DNA from: Bryobacterales bacterium
GTDB lineage: Bacteria > Acidobacteriota > Terriglobia > Bryobacterales > UBA6623
Direction: 5' to 3'
Length of the DNA: 64,000 bases
Assembly: GCA_963422375.2 (NCBI GenBank)
Contig: CAXXKD010000001.1
Span: 430,769 to 494,768 of the forward strand
Below the pieces are notes generated by a model. It was not told the DNA's origin, did not search any database, and was given only the letters and a program-made list of their open reading frames with translations. The position numbers were made by a program, and so were the translations under genes. Of the stretch, positions 1 to 10,340 are shown one piece after another (the first letter of the stretch is position 1; the number at the start of each line of letters is the position of its first letter).

Positions 1-75
1 GGGCGGCCCTTCGGCCCCTTCTCGGATGCGCCGCGCGACCGCGGCGAAGGCAGCGAACCGGCTGCCGCGGCAAGC

Positions 76-834
76 TCAGCGGGCCGTGGCCCCGCCGTCG
101 ATCACCATGACTTGGCCCGTCACCCAGGCCGACTCGTCCGATGCAAGGTACAGGGCCATGCCCCCGATGTCGCTCGTCTCGCCCAGCCGCCTGATCGGCT
201 GGGTCGGAGGGTACGGCGCGTCCTTGTCGAGGTTCTTCCAGAAGTAGGAGCTGAAGTCGGTCCGGACCAGGCCCGGAGCGATTGCGTTGACGCGGACGCC
301 GTGCCGGCCCCACTCGTCGGCCCAGGTCCGGGTCATCATGATCAGACCGGCCTTCGTGAAGCTGTACAGCAGCCCTTCCCGCTGGGGCCGCAGCCCGGCG
401 ATCGACGCGATGTTGATCACGGAGCCGCCACCCCTCTCGATCATCTTGGGCACCACTAGGCGCAGGAAGCGCACGGCGGACAGGACGTTGATCTCGACCA
501 TCTTCATCACGGCCGTGTCGGACACGCTCAGCGAAGGCCCCTGTTCGAGGTTGGTCGCGCCGTTATTGACCATGATGTCGATCGCCCCGAACCGCTGTTC
601 GGTCTCGGCCACGGTCGCTTCCACTTGGTCGGGCTTGCCGATGTGGCAAGGGACGGCATGCACTCGCCCCTGCAAGGGCGCGAACTCCTCCTCCGTCCGC
701 CGGAGATTCTCCAGCTTCCTGCTCGCGATGACGACGTCGGCGCCGGCCGCGACGAAGCGCCTAGCGATTTCCTTGCCTATTCCTCGGCCGCCTCCGGTGA
801 CTAGGGCGACCTTTCCGTCGAGACTGAAACTCAT
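76..834 (-). CDS. SDR family NAD(P)-dependent oxidoreductase
   Basis: TGGGRGIG nucleotide-binding motif, NNG(A), catalytic YSFTK (YxxxK), C-terminal [11 protein letters not shown]; start taken at MSFSLDGK. Confidence 0.93.
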   Translation of the reverse strand: MSFSLDGKVALVTGGGRGIGKEIARRFVAAGADVVIASRKLENLRRTEEEFAPLQGRVHAVPCHIGKPDQVEATVAETEQRFGAIDIMVNNGATNLEQGPSLSVSDTAVMKMVEINVLSAVRFLRLVVPKMIERGGGSVINIASIAGLRPQREGLLYSFTKAGLIMMTRTWADEWGRHGVRVNAIAPGLVRTDFSSYFWKNLDKDAPYPPTQPIRRLGETSDIGGMALYLASDESAWVTGQVMVIDGGATAR

Positions 835-1254
835 CGAGTGCGACCTGCCTCCGAAGACAGGTTGTACCACGAGTGGCGGACCGGTCGCCGCGGCAGCGGT
901 CCGCGCGATACCGGCCGCGCGCGGTGCTCGGCGGCCCTCGCAGGGCTGGGCTCCCGCGTGTCGTCGCCGCCGGTGGGCGGCTTCGCGATCGCTCGGGCAG
1001 GCTCACGTTTGCGGACGTGTAGCTCGCATCGAGGCATTGGCGGCCCCTCGGCCTGGCGAGCGCGGGCTTGCGGCGGCCTCACTTGCCACGCTGGCGCCGT
1101 CGCGCAAGAGGGCCGCTCGGCCGAGATCCTGGGCGTGCCGACATCCGGAAGGCACTGCCGCCCGCTGCCCGAACATAAAACAATCCGATCAGAGACCTCG
1201 GGACGTGTCGCCGGCAAATTGCAGGGCGCGCACTCGGGCAGCCGGGTACCCTCG

Positions 1255-1851
1255 TCAGACCCGCAGGCGTGCGACGCTAGCGTACGCGGCGCTGGCGATT
1301 CTTCCCGTTGCTGCCTTGGCCCAAGGCGTCGCGGCGCGGGGCGTTCTGCCGAGGCCCCGGGGCGAGCCCTCTGGCCCGCCATTCCATGCGAATTTCGTCG
1401 ACTCCATGCGAGTTTCGTCGACGTGGCGTAGGAAGCCGGGCTGCGCAGGCCGACCGTCTACGGCGAGGACGACCGCAACGACTACCTTCTCGAAACGATA
1501 GGCGGCGGCGCTCGGCTTGATTTCGACGGGGACGGCTGGCTCGACCTCTTGCTCATGGGCGGGACGCGATTCGCGAACCCGTCCCTGGCCAGTTCCTTCC
1601 AGCTGCACCGCAACCGCGGCGACGGGACCTTCGAGGAAGTGACCGCCGAGGCCGGCCTCCACTGGGTCGGCTGGGCCTCGAGCGCGACTGTCGGCGACGT
1701 CGACAACGATGGCGACGCGGATCTGTTCGTGACCTTCCGGGGGCGCCACGCCCGGTTCCTGAACGGCGGCGGCGGATTCGCGGAGGTGACGGAGGTCACC
1801 GGGTTTGCGGACGAGGACGTGCGCTGGGGATCCGGGACCACGTTCCTAGAC
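1255..1851 (+). pseudogene. CRTAC1/ASPIC-UnbV (FG-GAP repeat) family protein, degraded 5' fragment
   Basis: Signal-like ALAILPVAALAQGVAARG, FVDVA*EAGL, DFDGDGWLDL, GDVDNDGDADLFV and GSGTTFLD spread over several frames; 20-bp duplication at 1383-1422, in-frame TAG, truncated at an IS end at 1852; start approximate. Confidence 0.8.
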
Positions 1852-2111
1852 TAGTTCTTGTGACAAGACCCCCTGAATTCTGGCCCACTCAGCATTTCAT
1901 ACTACATCCTGAGGTCGGACGAATCTCCAAAAACAACATATTGGGCCCAAGGTCGGAAGTTGCTCAGACGCCAATCGCGACGATTCCCGCGGTCTACCCA
2001 GACGCTCCAGGATTTCGGATTCGTCGTAGTATTCCAGCGAAATCTTCGCCTTGAGAGATTGGATCTAACGCCTTTGTTGTCAAGGGGATACGAGTCTTGT
2101 CAGGGGCACTA
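1852..2111. mobile_element. MITE-like non-autonomous element with ISNCY-type ends
   Basis: Left end TAGTTCTTGTGACAAGAC; right end reverse complement TAGTGCCCCTGACAAGAC; TA at both extremities; no transposase inside. Confidence 0.65.
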
Positions 2112-2113
2112 GG

Positions 2114-2627
2114 TAGTGCTTGTGACAGAACGCACAACCCCTTATTTTCCAAGCGGTTGCAGCAGGTCCGTGGGACGAAGATCGGGCCGATCCGGGCCGG
2201 CTTGTGAGCTTCCGGGGGGGGGGGGGGGCAATCTTCGTTGAGGAAATTCCCGTGAGGACTGTTCAGTAGATCCAGCTCACCCTTGGCCAGGCCGCCATGG
2301 AGGATATTGATCTCGACGTCCGTTCCCGCGACGATATCCCGGCCATCGTGCGAGAAATACAGTTTCGATTCTTCCGCGGGCGAGTCCGAAAAAATCAATC
2401 CTGAAGTCGGTCGTCCCGGCATGCAGCTGTGGAATAATCTCGTCTCGGGACTGCTCAAGCAGGGATTGAATCGCGACTATGACCGCTTGACGGAGCTGGT
2501 GAACAAGCACGCGGACGTCCGGCGCTTCCTCGGTCTGAACGCGACGCTCGACGAGCAGGTCTTCAGCTACCGGACAGTCAACCGGAATCCGAAGCTTCTT
2601 ACGCCCGACCTCCTCGCGGAAATCAAT
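2114..2627 (+). mobile_element. ISNCY-family element 5' remnant (end plus transposase pseudogene 2252-2627)
   Basis: End TAGTGCTTGTGACAG; reading frames give IDLDVRSRDDIP, GRPGMQLWNNLVSGLLKQGLNRDYDRL and LLTPDLLAEIN, typical of ISNCY transposase N-termini; stop at 2267, frameshift, cut by IS1595 at 2628. Confidence 0.75.
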
Positions 2628-4151
2628 GGGAATTATATATCTGAGTGCCGAAGGAATCAATTCGGCAAATTATCAAGCCATAATAAGATTTCATATTTCT
2701 TCCGATTTTCCGTTGACATTCTGTGGTTTTTCTTGGTAGAATAGTTCCAGTAGTGGATGCCGTAAATGAAGAAACCAGGCCCCGGAAAGTGGTTCCGTAA
2801 AGGCATCACATTGATCGAAGTGATCGCCATGTTCCCCGATGACGAATCCGCGGAAAAGTGGTTCGCTGCCATGTGCTGGCCGGACGGTCCCGCGTGCCCC
2901 CGCTGCCGCGGCTCCAGCGTGCAGTCCGACGCGGCCCACCCTTCGATGCCGTACCGCTGCCGCGGCTGCGGCAAGCGCTTTTCCGTGCGTACCGGCAGCG
3001 CGATGGCCGACACCAAGCTCGGCTACCGCACCTGGGCCGTCGCCCTGTTCCTGCTGACCACCGGCCTCAAGGGCGTCTCGAGCATGAAGCTGCATCGCGA
3101 CCTAGGCATCAGCCGGAAGTCGGCCTGGCACCTCGCGCACCGCATCCGCGCGTGCCGGGAGCGGGATCAGGGCCTGTTCGCCGGCCCGGCGGAGGTGGAC
3201 GAGACCTGCGTGCGTCGGCGGCAAGGAACGCAACAAGCACGAGAGCAAGAAGGCCCGCGCCGGGCGCGGGCCCGTCGGCAAGACCCCGGTGGCGGGGGTG
3301 CGGGACCGCGCCACGAACGCAGTGGCCGCGCGGCCGCTGCCGGGCACCGCCAAGGGCGACCTGCAGGGCTTCGTGCGCGCCCGCGTCGCGCCGGGGGCGC
3401 AGGTCCGCTCCGACGAGGCGGCGGCCTGCGCCGGCATGGCGGAGTTCCCGCGCGAAGCCGTCAAGCATTCCGGCGGCGAGTACGTGCGCGGGGCGGCGCA
3501 TACGAACGGCATCGAGTCGTTTTGGTCCCTGTTCAAGCGCGGCCTGTACAGAACCTATCACCGGATGAGCGTCCGTCATCTCGGCCGCTACCTCACGGAG
3601 TTCGCGGGACGGTGCAACGACCGCGACTGCGACACGGCGGAACAGATGCGGCGCATGGCGCGGGGCTTGGTCGGCCGGACGCTGACCTACCGGCAGCTGA
3701 CCGGCAAGGCCGCGGTCGCGGCCTGAGCGGCGCCCGCCGAGCTGAGCGCGGCGGCCCGCTGCGGGCGCGCTCTTCACGCTCGGTGCGCTCGGTGTGCTTC
3801 ACGCTCGGTACGAGGGGCGCACCGGATCCGGCATGCCCCGGTGCGCCCCCAGTCCGGCCGGGACCGTCCATGCAGGCCGTCGAGTGCCGGGGATCCGCTG
3901 TCTTCGGCCCTCCGAGGGCCTGCAATCGGCTTGCAAGGCGTGCCCTGCCACCGCCAACCGGGTTCCGCCGGGGCATGCGAGGCGGCCTCTCTAGTCCGTT
4001 CCTCGTCAAATCCGCTGGCAGGCTCGATTCAGATACGATCCCACCCCTCTGTGCCCATCGCGGCCGCACTCGAATGACCCGAGCTCGACACCGACCTCCC
4101 TGCTCAGAGCAGTTCTAGTCGGACATGGCGTCGTCGGCACTCAGATATATA
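2628..4151 (+). mobile_element. IS1595-family element copy 1
   Basis: Left IR GGGAATTATATATCTGAGTGCCG (2628-2650); right IR CGGCACTCAGATATATA (4135-4151), outer 6 bp lost where an ISNCY-type end starts at 4150. Confidence 0.88.
2766..3726 (+). pseudogene. IS1595-family transposase, frameshifted
   Basis: Zn ribbon CPRC...CRGC, EVDET, KTPVAG, HTNGIESFWSLFKR, YLTEF; TGCG duplicated at 3207-3214 relative to copy 2 shifts the frame. Confidence 0.9.
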
Positions 4152-4200
4152 GTGCTTGTGACAAAACCCTGATATTTTGGGAATTCTAGCTGATAGATCC
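4150..4200 (+). mobile_element. Isolated ISNCY-type terminal fragment
   Basis: TAGTGCTTGTGACAAAACC matches the ends at 1852, 2114 and 10341-10360. Confidence 0.6.
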
Positions 4201-4921
4201 CGACCGGTGCCCGGCAGCGGCCGCGCGGCCACTGCGTTCGTGGCGCGGTCCCGCACCCCCGCCACGGGCGTCTTGCCGACGGGCCCGCGCCCGGCGCGGG
4301 CCTTCTTGCTCTCGTGCTTGTTGCGCTCCTTGCCGCCGACGCAGGTCTCGTCCACCTCCGCCGGGCCGGCGAACAGGCCCTGTTCGCGCTCCCAGCACGC
4401 GCGGATGCGGTGCGCGAGGTGCCAGGCCGACTTCCGGCTGATGCCCGGGTCGCGGTGCAGCTTCATGCTGGAGACGCCCTTGATGCCGGTGGTCAGCAGG
4501 AACAGGGCGACGGCCCAGGTGCGCTAGCCGAGCTTGGTGTCGGCCATCGCGCTGCCGGCGCGCACGGAAAAGCGCTTGCCGCAGCCGCGGCAACGGTACG
4601 GCATCGAAGGGTGGGCCGTGCCGGACTGCACGCTGGAGCCGCGGCAGTGGGGGCATACCGGACCGTCGGGCCAGCGCATGGAGGCGACCACTTTTCCGCG
4701 GATTCGTCATCGCGGAACATGGCGATCACTTCAATCAGAGTGATGCCTTTACGAAACCACTTCCCTGGACTTTTCTGCTTCATGGACGACCTCATACATT
4801 GGAACTATTCTATCAAAATACTCCACCGAATGTCAACAGATCTCCGGAAGAAATATGAAATTAATTTATGGAATGATAATTTGCAAAATCGGTTGCCTCG
4901 GCACTCAGATATATAATTCCC
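4201..4921 (-). mobile_element. IS1595-family element copy 2, truncated, transposase pseudogene starting 4783
   Basis: Perfect 23-bp left IR at 4899-4921; highly similar to copy 1 (KSPGKWFRKGITL, EVDETCVGGKERNKH); frameshifted and missing its 3' half. Confidence 0.88.
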
Positions 4922-4924
4922 AAC

Positions 4925-6700
4925 CTAATCCCCTAGGGCCCCGCCGCTGTCTGCACCGTCGAGCCAATACGGCTCGCCCAACCGATACGGATCGGCGTCC
5001 TGTTCTGCTGGCGGTCGGCGGTCAATCAACCCAAAGCGCCGGACTGGACAGGCGAGCTTGCGCGCGGCGTCCGCCAGGGCCTCAGCAACGAGGCCCATGA
5101 GCGTCGTCCCGCCCGTGACGTTTACGACGACTTTGGTCGCGTCCACGAGGTCCGCACGGGCATCCTTCGTCAAGCGGTCGATTTCGGCACGCCCGCCGAA
5201 TGGATCTTTGAGACACAGCGCCTTGACTGGACCGTCATAGCCGGCTAGCGATCTCGCTTCGTCGATCTTCGGTTCAGTTTCGCGGGAGCAGATGACGAGA
5301 CACAGTGCTGGCTCTCCGTCGCACACTCTCAAAGCGCTGAACAGCACGCCAGGCCTCATTCCGATAGGGCTAACGAGGACCTGCCCGCGCGGGTTGCCGA
5401 ACGCTAACGACACACGCGGACAATGCCGGAGTGTTTCTCGCCAGTACTTCTCGACATGATCGCGATTTTTCCTGGTCTTCTTGCTGTCAACGAGCGGCTC
5501 TAGGCGCATTCCGTGATGCGCATACCCGTTACGGAGCTGCCTAAGTTGGCCCCAGTACGTTCCAAGCGCCCGCTGATCATCTGTCAGTTTGTGCTTGAGC
5601 TTGCTGCCATCCCTCCCTATATTTTCGATTGCGCCGAGAAGTGTGGCGGCACTGCGTCGCGCGGTGTCGTAGTCGAGCCATCTTCCCTCTTCGCCCTGAA
5701 GCAGTATTGCCCACGAGACGGTCCACTCGCTCAGAAGCCCGAGCGCGGTCGGCATATTCCTGCGATCCAGCAGGTCGTCGATGACGCAGGCCTGCCGCTT
5801 TAGCTCGCGCTCGGTCAGCCGGATCTGCCCCTTCCATCCGTCACCCTCGAACTTTTGGTCGCGAAGCGCGAAGGGCTCGAGGGTCGTGTGGATGCGATCG
5901 CAAAGCTCATTGCCCAAGGGCAGGCGGTAGTGGCCCGTGAGGAGTCGTCGCAGCGGCTTGCGGAAACGCTCGCGGATTCGGCTTGCCTTCGCCCCTAGCT
6001 CGATCGGAAGCCCCGAGAGACAGGCTTCCGATAGCTCAGTCAGTTCAGGTTCGATCTGCTGATTCTGTTGGTTCGAAGGAGCCTCCCGGAGGAGTTTAAC
6101 CATCGGCAAGGCGCTCCCCGTGTCACGCAGAACCCTGAGCGCGTAGAGCCACTCGGGCAGCTCCAGAAGCGGCTTCAAGTCAAGAAATGGACTGGCTTCT
6201 CCGCGCCGCAGCAGACCGTAGTAGGCGGCGCGCACCCGAACCTCTCGAAGAGCAGCCACGTACAGAACTGCGATGTAAGTGAGAAAAGAGAAATGACGGA
6301 AGCCATGCGTAACATCGACGGTGATCTCAACCTCCGAAGGAATGGCTTCTGTGACGCATTGCAGGAACTCGTCTACCTGCTCGGGAGTATCGCCGCCCGA
6401 AACTTGGACAAGGTCCATGCAGTACCGGTCGCCAAGAGCCCGCTGGAGAACGGGCCAGCTCTCGTCTTTCGCTTGCGGCGTACACAGAGCCAAGACGCGA
6501 TGCGGCCGCGCGGCCTCCGGCAGCAGCTCGAGCAGAGCAACGGGCGCGAGCTGGGCTTGGGTTGTGAGATCACCTAGGGAATAGGACGCCAGGCTCGGAT
6601 TCGTTCCGAGCACCGTGAGCAGAATAGTCTCCGGCACGGCGGCACCCGAGCCACTGGGCGTGGCTGCCCAAGGTTCCGATGGGCTGTCCGTTTCGCTCAT
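4925..6700 (-). CDS. Csx1/TM1812-like CRISPR-associated CARF-HEPN ribonuclease with additional C-terminal CARF-like domain
   Basis: N-terminal CARF with VDVTHGFRH (DxTHG) and DLKPLLELPEW; HEPN RNGYAH (Rx4H); C-terminal VLVSPIGMRPGVLFSAL...VNVTGGTTLM; ATG 6700 with GAGG upstream. Confidence 0.88.
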   Translation of the reverse strand: MSETDSPSEPWAATPSGSGAAVPETILLTVLGTNPSLASYSLGDLTTQAQLAPVALLELLPEAARPHRVLALCTPQAKDESWPVLQRALGDRYCMDLVQVSGGDTPEQVDEFLQCVTEAIPSEVEITVDVTHGFRHFSFLTYIAVLYVAALREVRVRAAYYGLLRRGEASPFLDLKPLLELPEWLYALRVLRDTGSALPMVKLLREAPSNQQNQQIEPELTELSEACLSGLPIELGAKASRIRERFRKPLRRLLTGHYRLPLGNELCDRIHTTLEPFALRDQKFEGDGWKGQIRLTERELKRQACVIDDLLDRRNMPTALGLLSEWTVSWAILLQGEEGRWLDYDTARRSAATLLGAIENIGRDGSKLKHKLTDDQRALGTYWGQLRQLRNGYAHHGMRLEPLVDSKKTRKNRDHVEKYWRETLRHCPRVSLAFGNPRGQVLVSPIGMRPGVLFSALRVCDGEPALCLVICSRETEPKIDEARSLAGYDGPVKALCLKDPFGGRAEIDRLTKDARADLVDATKVVVNVTGGTTLMGLVAEALADAARKLACPVRRFGLIDRRPPAEQDADPYRLGEPYWLDGADSGGALGD

Positions 6701-6996
6701 CTGCGAGCCTCGGTAAACGCATTGTAGGGAACGCACAACGTGGGCTGGCACTAACCAGCTTGACTCTCTGACAGCCGTCCTCCCCGTCGAGCCCTCGGAA
6801 GTGGAGCTGTCACAATGGGCCTACTTCTCCATCGGACTTGGCCGCCGCGCATGTGGTCGCGCAGCACGGACTGGATCCGCAGTAGCATACTGAAGCACGT
6901 CCAAGTATCGTCGGGGATGTTTCTGCGGAGTGGCGGGTACTACTCCCGATGGAAAGACCTCTGCCGACCACCCCGTCTTGGCCTAGCATACAGTTA

Positions 6997-8048
6997 CCTG
7001 ATTACCCACACGACTCAGCAAGGTTAGGAGGCGGCAAGGCATGGGCGGGGTGCGCACCGGAGGCGTGGAGCAGGCGGGGGACCAGCGCCTGCAGATCGTA
7101 GCGGCGGTTGAGGTGGTTGAAGCGGTAGCAGAACTCGGCGAGGTACCGCGGCAGGTGCTTGCCGTCGAGCGCATGGCAGGTTCCCGCCAGGGACTGCTTG
7201 ACGTTCGCCGGCATCGTGTCGACCCGGACGAAGCGGGAATCCCCGCAGCTCCGCTGCCCGCCTGCGGTGACGGCCGGCACGTGCTCGCAGCCGGCGCCGG
7301 CCACGCCCCGCAAGCAGGCCGGGCCGTCGGCATGCACCTCCGTGCCGGGCTGCAAGTGCCGCCCGGCCCACGCTGCCAGCGTCTTCTTGCGGAAGCCCGC
7401 CACGCTGCTCATGCGCATCCTTGCCGGCTTGCCGTCGGCGGTGACCTGGTTGACCTGCACGGCGGCGACGAACGGCGTCTTGCCCGCCGCGCCGCGACCG
7501 CGCTTGCCGGCCGGTCCGCTCCCCGCCCCAGTAGGCGTCGTCCACCTGCACGATGCCGCCCAGCGGCACGCGCTCGTCGCGCTCCTTCAGCACTTGCAGA
7601 AGCTTGTGCTTCACCCTCCAAGCCGTGTTCCGGCTCACGCCCAGCTGCCGCGCCAGTTCCAGCGACGAAACGCCGTGCTGGCCCGGCGTCAGCAGGTGGA
7701 TCGCTAGGAACCGGACGGTCAGCGGCAGCTGGGTGGCGGCGCAGATCGTGCCGGCGACCAGGGAGGTCCGGCGGTGGCAGGCATGGCACTGCCAGAGCTT
7801 GCGGGAGCGGATGCGGCAGTGCCGTCGGGAGCCGCACTCCGGGCAGCGGAAGCCGTCCGGCCAGCGGGCGTTGAAAACGGCGTGCTCGCATGGCCTCTCG
7901 CTGCCGTAGCGCTGCAGGAACTTGCCCGGGCTGAGTCCCTTCTGGAATTGCACGCGATTGCGTTTCATCCGCTAGCCCCCTTCCTATCAGAGATTTCCGA
8001 CCTCCTCCAGTATAGCATATCCTCGGCTGACGTTCGTTGGTAATCAGG
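6997..8048 (-). mobile_element. IS1595-family (ISSod11-like) element with frameshifted transposase (7968 to ~7002)
   Basis: Imperfect IRs starting CCTGATTACC at 6997 and 8048; protein VQFQKGLS...RWPDGFRCPEC, VQVDDAYWGG, KHLPRYLAEFCYRFN split over two frames. Confidence 0.88.
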
Positions 8049-9545
8049 AAAGACTTTTGCGCCCCTCAGTAGATGCGCCAGCGCAGGCGATACAAGACGA
8101 GGATGCGCTCCGCGTCCGCACCGGCACGCTCGTCAGCAGGAACCATTCCAGGGGCTCGGCGCCGTCCGGGGCCGCGCTTCCCGCACGTGCATCATGCTCG
8201 GGCGAATCGGCTCGCTCCCGCGCTCGGGTCCCTCGGCCGGCGCCGGCAGCGGGACCGTCTGCCAGCGCAGCGCCACCTCGGCCGCGCGCGCCGGGCGCAA
8301 CTCGCTCGCCGCCTGGCGCCGCGTGCCGCCGCCTGCCGCGCCGGGCCAAGCTGCGCGGGACGTGCAGCGCCAAGCGCGCCTGGGCGGGTGCCGCGCGCAG
8401 GCGGTCGAAGAGCTTCGGCCGGTCCTTGCCGAGACTGCGGTTGTGCCCGGCCCGCACCAGCAGGTCGATCCCGTCCAGCCGCCGGCGCTCGGCGAACAGC
8501 TCGAACACGTCCGCCTCGCGGTCCATGACGGCGACCGGCCGGGTCCCTCGCAGCTGCCCGGCCAGCTCGGCCGTGTCCCGCAGCCCGCGCACCCAGCGCT
8601 GCGTCATGCGCAGCTCGGCCGGCTTGCGCTTCCCGGCCCGGCCGTCCGGGGCCTCGAACTGGATCAGCGGCACGCCCAGCGCGATGCCGTCGCCGTTGAC
8701 GGCCGGCGTCGAGTGCATGTGCAGGCCGAGGGTGCCCTTGGAACGGCTGTTCCTGCCGATCAGCCCCGGGCCGACGCAGCCCGGCCGCTCGGCGAAATTG
8801 AGGTCGCTGCCGTCCTGGATGCACAGCACGACGGCCTGGCCGTCCATGCGCTCCAGCATGCGCGCAGTGAGGGGCGAGGATGCTGGCGGGCGTGACGGCG
8901 GCCTCGGCCGGCTGGTCGATCATGCGGTAGCAGGCTTTCATCAGGGCGCGGTCGGACCGGGCTGCGGAGACGAACGAGGCCCGCGGCGCGTCGGCCATGG
9001 CGGCCGCGCATTGCACCAGGCGGCGGCTCCAGCGTACATCTCCCAGCGGAGCGCCGCCGAACTCGCGCCGGTCGGGGCGCAGCGCCCGCGACCGGCGGTC
9101 CGGCCGACATGGATCCAGTTGGCGGCCTTGAAGCTGGTGCCGGCATGGCGGCGGCGGTCGACGAGGGTCTCCGCGAGCAGGGGCTCGTCGCCGTAGCGCT
9201 GCCGGAAGTTGGCGGGGAGGCAGTGCCGCGGGGATGCTCGCGGGCGATCAGCTCGGTCCGGCGGCTGCGGTCGTCGGTGACGAGTTCGAGGCGCCGACGC
9301 GATGCCGGCACGGACCGCGGGACCTCGACGGGGTGGCCGAGCCGTCGCGGGCGGCTGTGCCCGCCGTGGCGGACGGGCGGTGGGAGAGCGATACTGTCGC
9401 CGGCGTGGAGGGTCCGCAAGGCCTTCAGGCAGGTGACCGGCTGGGGGTTTCCGCGAGCGTCGTGGAAGCGGAAGTCGGCGCACACGTACGCGGCGAGCGC
9501 GGTGCGGTGGGGGAAGGTCTCCGTGTCCAGCAGCGCTCGCAGGCG
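8049..9545 (-). pseudogene. IS4 (IS50/Tn5-like) transposase with N-terminal DUF4338-like domain, degraded
   Basis: RTALAAYVCADFRFHDARG, RYGDEPLLAETLVD...GTSFKAANWIHVGRTAGRGR (DUF4338-like); KACYRMID, VLCIQDGSDLNF, GLHMHST, VAVMDREAD, LLVRA, LEWFLLTS (IS4); many frameshifts; 3' end cut by ISSod11-like element. Confidence 0.8.
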
Positions 9546-9930
9546 GAAATCGCCCACGCGGCGGCGCGCACCAAGGACACGCAGTTCGGCCCGCGCAAGC
9601 GCGCCCTGGCCGCGCGGCGGGGCACGGGCCGCGCGGCGGGGCACGGGGCGCGCGGCGGGGCACGGGGCGCGCGGCGGGGCACGGGGCGCGTGGCGGTGGC
9701 ACTGGGGCACGAGATCCTGCGCATCGCGTTCGCGATGCTGCGCGACGGCGTGCCCTACCGCGATCCGGTCATCGACCCGGAAGCGCTGACGGCGCGCGAG
9801 AACCTGTCCCGCTGGCTGCGGATGGTGCGCAAGGCGCAGCTGCTGCCGGAGGTGGCGCGGCGCGTGCAGGCGGAGCTGCTGCGCCAGAAGGCCGCGCGCG
9901 AGAAGCGGCGGCTGGCCGAGTCCGCTCCGG
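9546..9930 (+). pseudogene. IS110-family transposase C-terminal fragment
   Basis: EIAHAAARTKDTQF...ALAARRG...VALGHEILRIAFAMLRDGVPYRDP resembles the IS110 C-terminus; end approximate. Confidence 0.7.
9611..9690. repeat. 19-bp tandem repeat x4 (CGCGCGGCGGGGCACGGGG)
   Basis: Direct reading; lies within the IS110 fragment. Confidence 0.92.
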
Positions 9931-10340
9931 CCCTAGAGCCGGGGTCCGGAGCGGCTGAGCGGCCGGCACTCGCCTCGGACGGGACCGGCCCGGGTGCCCG
10001 GTCACTCGGCGCGAGCGAAGGGGAAGCCCGCGCGAACGGCGCCCCATGCCGGTCCCTGACGTCAATTCAACCACCGGGCCGTCGAAACGTGTCGCTGGGG
10101 CGGAACCGTGGGGGTGTGTCTCCAAGACCTATAGCATTCGGAGGAATCCTAGCACTTCAGGTCGAATGAGACGGGAATCCGGAGTTCTTCGGCCCGTACG
10201 CCTTGCCGACACCCACGGACCGTACCGGATAATGCGGTCCGTTAGGGTCAATACTTAGGGAATTACTAGAACACTACTAGAGGCAAGAAAATACACGAAG
10301 CGAATCCGCCCAATCGCCTGTGGCCAGCCCCAATGTGGGT

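Noticed and set aside
2766..4118. Intact 450-aa IS1595 transposase
   Set aside because: The C-terminal part is out-of-frame read-through after the 4-bp duplication
6701..6996. CRISPR leader/array or cas remnant upstream of the CARF gene
   Set aside because: No repeats, and no recognisable protein in the frames I translated
8941..9545. Functional Druantia defence system
   Set aside because: Only a broken DUF4338-like segment attached to a transposase; no DruE helicase or other dru genes
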